24,083 nucleotides of DNA, from positions 1 to 24,083 of the forward strand of contig OZ223477.1 of the NCBI GenBank assembly GCA_965140785.1. The letters are read 5' to 3'. Shown here in pieces: positions 18,192-24,083 of this stretch (positions are counted from its first letter, which is position 1; each line of letters begins with the position of its first letter). The stretch is from an uncultured Ruficoccus sp. GTDB taxonomy: Bacteria > Verrucomicrobiota > Verrucomicrobiia > Opitutales > Cerasicoccaceae. The position numbers and the translations under genes are program-made. The notes under the pieces are model-generated. The model saw only the letters and a program-made list of their open reading frames with translations. It ran no database searches and had not been told where the DNA came from.

Positions 18192-21180
18192 ATGACCCAG
18201 ACTCTGCCCGAACCACTGCCCGCGCTTGAGCAACTCAAGCGCCAAATGACCGGCATCCTCAATACCGGTCCGGTCCTGCGCAAGCTCTACGCCACCGATG
18301 CCTCCGAGTACCAGGAATATCCGCAGGCGGTAGCCTTTCCCCGCCGACGAGGCGGATGTGGCGACGCTCATCCGCTTCGCCGCTCAGCACCAGATCGGGC
18401 TCATTCCGCGCACGGCGGGCACCTCGCTGGCCGGGCAGGTCGTCGGCGGTGGCATTGTCGTCGATATCGGCAAGCACCTGAACCAAATCCTTTCGCTCGA
18501 CGCCGACAAGCACCGCGTACGTGTACAGCCGGGCGGTCGTCCGCAACGAGCTCAACCAGTACCTCCAGCCCCACGGGCTACTCTACGGCCCCGAGACCTC
18601 CACCGCCAACCGCGCCATGATCGGCGGGGATGGTCGGCAATAACTCCTGCGGGTCCAACTCCGTCGTCTACGGCTCAGCACGCGACCACCTGATCTCGTG
18701 CCGGGGCTTTCTGGCCGATGGCTCCGAGGTGACGTTCAAGGCACTGAGCGAGGACGAGTTTTACGAAAAGTGTGCCGGGCCCAAGGACTCGCTGGAGGCG
18801 CAAATCTACCGCGCCTGCCGTGACCTCCTGGGCAACCCCGCCAACCGCGAACTCATCACAAAACACTTCCCCAAGGGCTCCATCCCACGCCGCAACACCG
18901 GCTACGCGCTTGATCAGTTGATGGACGCGAAGGTCTTTGACCCGGACTCGGACAAGCCCTTTAACCTGTGCCAACTTATCGCCGGTTCGGAGGGCACGCT
19001 GTTCTTCGGGGTGGAGTTTGAGATCGACCTCAACCCGCTCCCACCGAAGTACAGTGCGCTGCTTTGCGCACACTTCGTCGATGTGGACCAGTCGCTACGG
19101 GCTGTGCTCCACGCGCTCCCGCACGGGCCTTTCGCCGTCGAGCTGATCGACCGCCACATCCTGGAGGCGACCAAGCGCAACCGCGAGCAGTCGAAGAACC
19201 GCTTCTTCGTGGACGGCGACCCGGGGCGCAATCCTCGTCGTCGATATCCGCTCCGAGGACGAAACCGAAGTGGACAATCACTTGGCCCAGCTCATCGCGG
19301 AGCTTCAGCAGGCCGGACTCGGCTACCACTACCCGATCCTCAAGGGTAACGACCAGAACGAGGTCTGGGACCTGCGCCGCGCCGGGCAGGGGCTCATGAG
19401 CAATGTCCCCCGGCGACGCCAAGCCGCGCGAGATCGTCGAGGACACCGCCGTGGACGTCCACGACCTGCCGGAGTACATCGCGGAGTTTGACGCCATCAT
19501 GCGCGACAAGTACAAAATCGAGTGCGTCTACTACGCCCACGCCGGTTCGGGGCGAACTGCACACGCGCCCGATGTTTAACCTCAAAACTCCCGAGGGCTT
19601 AAAAACTTTCCGCGGTGTGGCCGAGGACATCGCCGCCCTGGTCAAAAAGTACAACGGCTCCCTCAGTGGCGAGCACGGCGACGGGCGTCTGCGCGGCGAG
19701 TTCATCCCGTTCATGGTCGGTGAAGAGTGCTTCGCCATGATGCGCAAAATCAAGGAGACCTTTGACCCGCAGGGGGATTTTCAACCCCGGCAAGATCATC
19801 GACACCCCGCCGATGGACACGAGCCTGCGCGTCACCCCGGACACCCCGAATCCGCAGTACGACACGATTTTTGACTTTACGGACACGCTCGGGGTCGCTG
19901 CGCGCCGCCGAGCAGTGCAACGGCTCCGGCGACTGCCGCAAGGGCCACACCGCCGGGGGGCACCATGTGCCCCAGCTACATGGCCACGCGCGAAGAAAAG
20001 CACACCACTCGCGCCCGCGCTAACATCCTGCGCCACACCCTCACCCACCCCCGCGACGCGCTCAAGCCCTTCGACTCCGACGAGGTGAAAGAGGTCATGG
20101 ACCTGTGCCTCTCCTGCAAGGGCTGCAAATCCGAGTGCCCGTCCAACGTGGACATCGCCAAGCTCAAGGCCGAGTTCCTCCAGCACTACTACGACGAGCA
20201 CGGCGTGCCGCTGCGCTCGCGCATGATCGCCAATTTCACGCTCTTCCAGAAGATGGTCGATCCCGCTCCCTGGGCTTGGAACCTGCTCTTCGGGACCGCG
20301 CCGATCCGCCGCATTTTAAATAATCTCAACGGCTTTCACCCGGACCGCACGATCCCGATGCGGCACAGCACGACCGTCACCCGCTGGCACAAGAAAAACA
20401 GCGCGAAGACGAGCGAAAGTGCCACCGCCTCAACCGCACCAAAGCGCAAGGTCTACCTCTTCTGTGACGAGTTCACCGAGTACAACGACGTGCCCGTCGG
20501 GCAGAAAGCGATCAAGCTCCTGCAACGCCTCGGCTACGAAGTCGTCATCCCCAAGCACGGCGAAAGCGCACGTACCTGGCTCTCAAAGGGCCTCATCCGC
20601 AAGGCCGCCACCATCGCCAAGGCAAACGTCGAACTGCTCTCCCCCGCTCGTCACCGGAGAGGCCCCGCTCGTAGGCATCGAGCCCTCGGCCATCCTTGGG
20701 TTCCGTGACGAGTACCCCGGACCTCGTCCCCCGCCGACCTCAAGCCGACCGCTCGCGCTCTGGGGAAAAACTGCCTGCTCTTTTCCGAGTTTATCCAACG
20801 CGAGATCGAGGCCGGGCGCATCACCGCCGATGCCTTTACCGACGAGAAAAAGACCGTCCACCTGCACGGACACTGCTTCCAGAAAGCGCTCGCCTCGGTC
20901 GATCCGACCGTCAAGGCGCTGTCATTGCCCAGCAACTACACGGTCAAGGTTATCCCCTCGGGCTGCTGCGGCATGGCCGGGTCCTTCGGCTACGAAAAGG
21001 AGCACTACGAGGTCTCGATGAAAGTCGGCGAACTCGTACTCTTCCCCGCCGTTCGCCGCCGCCGCTGAGAAGGACCTCGTGGCCGCCCCCCGGCACCTCC
21101 TGCCGCCCCACCAGATCCACGACGGCACCAGCCGCACCGCCCAGCACCCGGCCGAGATTCTCTTCGATGCGCTAAAGTAG
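18192..21180 (+). CDS. Large FAD-linked oxidase with 4Fe-4S and CCG domains (YdiJ/GlcD-GlcF fusion type, putative 2-hydroxyacid dehydrogenase); many frameshifts
   Basis: LYATDASEY, PRTAGTSLAGQ, MVGNNSCG, GSEGTL, SGEHGDGRLR, MCPSYMATREE, CLSCKGCKSECP, and GCCGMAGSFGYE (read from DNA at ~20960). Stop TAG at 21178-21180. Confidence 0.88.
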
Positions 21181-21386
21181 CTGACGAGTTTGTGGGGCTC
21201 CGCACCCCCCCACACACGCGGTGCGTGACCGCACAGGACATATTTTTGATGCTGAGCAGAGCATCAAAACTGGGGTCGCCATCTCTTGGAACACAGATAA
21301 CGCTTTTCCGGGGCAGCGAACGCAGTGAGCGATGGGGCAGAGCCCCATCCAGATCCGCAGTATCTGTGGTGCAGGGCTACGCCCTG
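21181..21386. repeat. Structured intergenic element (copy B) with REP-like hairpins
   Basis: TGTGGGG..CCCCACA, GCGGT-gcgtg-ACCGC, TTTTGATGCT-gagcag-AGCATCAAAA, ATGGGGC-aga-GCCCCAT and GCAGGGC-tac-GCCCTGC. Shares three boxes with 4397-4645. Confidence 0.6.
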
Positions 21387-22534
21387 CTAGTCGTCCATCT
21401 TGATTTCCTTGTTGCGCGAGGTCGGGCAACCAGCGCGCAGCCAGGCGTGGATGAAGTTGTCGAGATCGCCGTCCTGGACGGCCTGGATGTTACCGGTTTC
21501 GACACCGGTACGCAGGTCCTTGACCCATCTGGTAGGGCTGGAAGACATAGCTGCGGATCTGATTCCCCCAGCCAATTTCGCCCTTCTCACCGTAAAACTT
21601 CTCCAGCTCGGAACGCTTCTTGTCCTGTTCATACTCGTAGAGGCGGCTCTTGAGCTGCTTCATCGCGCTGGCCTTGTTCTTGTGCTGCGAACGGTCGTTC
21701 TGGCACTGCACGACGATGTTGGTGGCCAGGTGGGTAATGCGCACCGCCGAGTCGGTTTTGTTGACGTGCTGTCCGCCCTTGCCGCTGGAACGGTAGGTGT
21801 CGATACGGATTTCGTCATCGTTGATCTCGATGTCGATGTCGTTTTCGAGTTCGGCGATCACGTCCACCGAGCAGAAGGAGGTGTGGCGGCGCTTTTGGGC
21901 GTCAAAGGGACTGATGCGCACGAGCCGGTGAACGCCGCGCTCGGCCTTGGCGTAACCGTAGGCGTAGGGCCCGACGATGCGCAGGCTGGCGCTGTTGATA
22001 CCGGCTTCTTCGCCCGGCCCGATATCGAGCACCTCGACGGTGAAGCCCCGGCGCTCGGCCCAGCGGGTATACTGGCGCAGGAGCATGTCCGCCCAGTCGC
22101 AGGACTCGGTCCCGCCCGCCCCGGCATGAATGCTGAGAATGGCGTTGTTTTTGTCCATCGGACCGGAGAGAAAGGACTGGATTTCAATGCTGTCGAGCTC
22201 TTCGAGCAGCTTCTCGACCGTGTTGGTCAGCTCGCTCTGGAACTCCGCCCCTTCCTCCTCATCGGCCTCTTCGACCAGCTCGGCCATGGCCAGCATGTCG
22301 TCAACCTTGGCCTTGTAGTCCACAATGCCGCTGATCGTGCCCTTCAGCAGGTTGGACTCGCCGATGACTTTTTGCGCACTCTCCTGGTCGTCCCAGAAGG
22401 CCGGAGAAGACATCTCCTGCTCCAGCTCGGCTATGCGTTTTTGCTTACCCTCGACGTCAAAGATACCTCCAGAGGTATCCGGCTCTCTTGGCAATTTCGT
22501 CGATATGGGAACGCAGTTCGGCTTCGATGGTCAT
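21387..22534 (-). CDS. prfB: Peptide chain release factor 2, with programmed +1 frameshift and one probable sequencing indel at ~21525
   Basis: ATG 22534 gives [25 protein letters not shown], then CTT TGA C. Also [23 protein letters not shown] (SPF motif), [22 protein letters not shown]. The C-terminus VKDLRTG...DGDLDNFI is in ORF 21387..21632. Confidence 0.97.
22456..22470 (-). other. prfB programmed +1 ribosomal frameshift cassette
   Basis: Minus strand reads GGAGG-TAT-CTT-TGA-C: internal SD, 3-nt spacer, slippery Leu codon, UGA-C. Confidence 0.95.
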
Positions 22535-22569
22535 GATGGGTAAATGAAGAGTTGTGATGGATGATTAGC

Positions 22570-22593
22570 CACAGAGACACAGAGGACACAGAG
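22570..22593. repeat. Short tandem repeat (CACAGAG x3)
   Basis: CACAGAG-ACACAGAG-GACACAGAG. Confidence 0.75.
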
Positions 22594-22595
22594 CG

Positions 22596-22869
22596 TCAAA
22601 CCCAGCCCCTTTCATGCTCTCTAGCCAAGCACCCTTTGAGCTCATCCGGAGTCTGATCAGGATGAAGTCGATAAAGGGGAAAAAGATTGAGCTGCCATGC
22701 GTAGCAAGCACTTTGCCAACCGCAGATCGCGACTTCTTGTAATCTTCTTCGGTTTCCTGACTTTTTGATTTTTCCAGCAGTTCAAGAAGCTGTTGGTCAT
22801 ATGCCTCAGTCAGCGATAAAAACTCCCGGCTAGGTCAGGGTTTTTAACAGAAATATGGTAGTCTTCCAT
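22596..22869 (-). CDS. Small (~91 aa) hypothetical helical protein, reconstructed across two apparent 1-base deletions
   Basis: ATG 22869 MEDYHISVKNPDLA / REFLSLTEAYDQQLLELLEKSKSQETEEDYKKSRSAVGKVLATHGSSIFFP / LYRLHPDQTPDELKGCLAREHERGWV*. Visibly more AT-rich than its neighbours. Confidence 0.55.
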
Positions 22870-22895
22870 AACGAATACCGAACGAGGCGATCTGC

Positions 22896-24083
22896 TTATA
22901 CCGTAATGTCGTGCTGGTCCATGCGCTTTTGAGGGTCGCACGGGTGATGCCGAGGATGGTAGCGGCCTTGGCCTGGTTGCCGCCAGTATGGTTAAGCGCA
23001 CGGCGGAGAATCTCCTTTTCGACCTCGATGAGGACGCTGGAACCGTTACGCTCGAGCGCGGTAGCAAAGGCAATGTCAAACGCCTCCTCGGGCGTCATCG
23101 GGCGCGGGGCGGCGATAACCTCCGCCGCGGCCTGGACTTCGCTGTCGATGGAAATTTCCCCAACAGCGGGCTCGGGTACTTCCGGCTCGGGCACGTCATC
23201 GGCGGGCGCCTCTTCGGGTTCTTTCACCGGCGAGGGGGCTTGGGCGGATTTGACCTTGTCGCCAACCGCGGCAACGATCTCGGCGGGCAAGTCCTTACGC
23301 AGGATCGTGTCGCTTTGCGCGATGACCCGGCGCTGCGGAACATCACGTTCTCTCTCCAGCTCGCGGACATTACCGGGCCAGTTGTGGCTCTGGAGAATGG
23401 CCAAGGCATCGGAAGAGACGCGGGAGACGCGGGTCTTTCGCTCCTTGACCAGGCGCTGGAGCATGTACTCGACGAGCATCGGAATGTCCTCCAGGCGTTC
23501 GCGCAGGCTGGGCAGGCGGATGCGGAAAACATTCAAGCGGTAGTAAAGGTCTTCGCGGAAAGTGGTCTCGGAAACCATGTGCTCAAGATCCTTGTTCGTC
23601 GCGGCAATGAGGCGGACATCGACCTTGATCGTATCCGTGCCTCCACGCGCTGAATCTCGCCCTCCTGCAGGGCGCGAAGGATCTTGGTCTGGGTGGGCGG
23701 GGACATGTCCCCGATTTCGTCGAGAAAAATCGTGCCGCCGTCGCAGAGCTCGAACTTGCCCTTGCGCTGGCCGGTGGCCCCGGTAAAGGAGCCCTTTTCG
23801 TGCCCGAAAAGCTCGCTCTCGATCAGATTTTCGGGGATGGCCGCGCAGTTAACGGCGATAAAGGGCCGGCCGTTACGGTGGCTGTGCTGGTAAATGCAGC
23901 GGGCGACCAGCTCCTTACCGGTGCCGCTCTCGCCGGTGATCATGACGGTGGCGTCACTGGCAGTGACCTGGCCGATGATTTTCAGCACCTCCTGCATCGG
24001 CTCGGACGTGCCGACGATGCCCTCCTTGTAGTCCTCGGAGTTGAGCACGGGGGCAATCTCGCCTTTTTCCTGGTTCGAGTCCT
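22896..24083 (-). CDS. Sigma-54-dependent NtrC/Fis-family activator (5' part outside the window; frameshifts at ~23645, ~23345 and ~22927)
   Basis: Walker [37 protein letters not shown], Walker [48 protein letters not shown]. The reconstructed end is [11 protein letters not shown] (TAA 22896-22898). Confidence 0.93.

Noticed and set aside
18192..21180. Pseudogene or multi-gene operon interpretation of the fragmented oxidoreductase
   Set aside because: The fragments are collinear domains of one known fusion architecture, and the breaks match the error pattern seen in prfB.
21515..21530. A second programmed frameshift near the prfB 3' end
   Set aside because: It has no recoding signals. One extra G in ATGGGTC explains it, and removing it restores the conserved MVKDLRT.

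Overview
GC-rich bacterial chromosomal segment, probably Verrucomicrobiota (Opitutia-like). This is an inference from the PEP-CTERM protein, the regulator types and the mostly SD-less gene starts. Gene order: 5'-truncated DUF2007/Zn-finger gene (+); KamA-family lysine 2,3-aminomutase (-); ArsR regulator (+); membrane-anchored octaheme cytochrome c with HEAT/TPR tail (+); carA (-); stand-alone receiver protein (-); divergent xylR/xylA; PEP-CTERM protein; secreted Ntn-hydrolase; divergent AraC and FAD oxidoreductase; GH94 cellobiose phosphorylase (-) with divergent LacI; large FAD/Fe-S oxidoreductase (+); prfB (-) with its programmed +1 frameshift; a hidden small AT-richer ORF; and an NtrC-like sigma-54 activator running off the end. 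Many genes in 1.7-3.3 kb and 14.3-24 kb are broken by single-base indels, mostly in homopolymers, most likely sequencing errors. The main unexplained signal is non-coding. Four of the five convergent intergenic regions (324-426, 4397-4645, 14220-14347, 21181-21386) are packed with hairpins lacking U-tracts and share exact sequence boxes, which suggests a modular repeat or structured-RNA family. No CRISPR, tRNA, rRNA or transposase was recognised.
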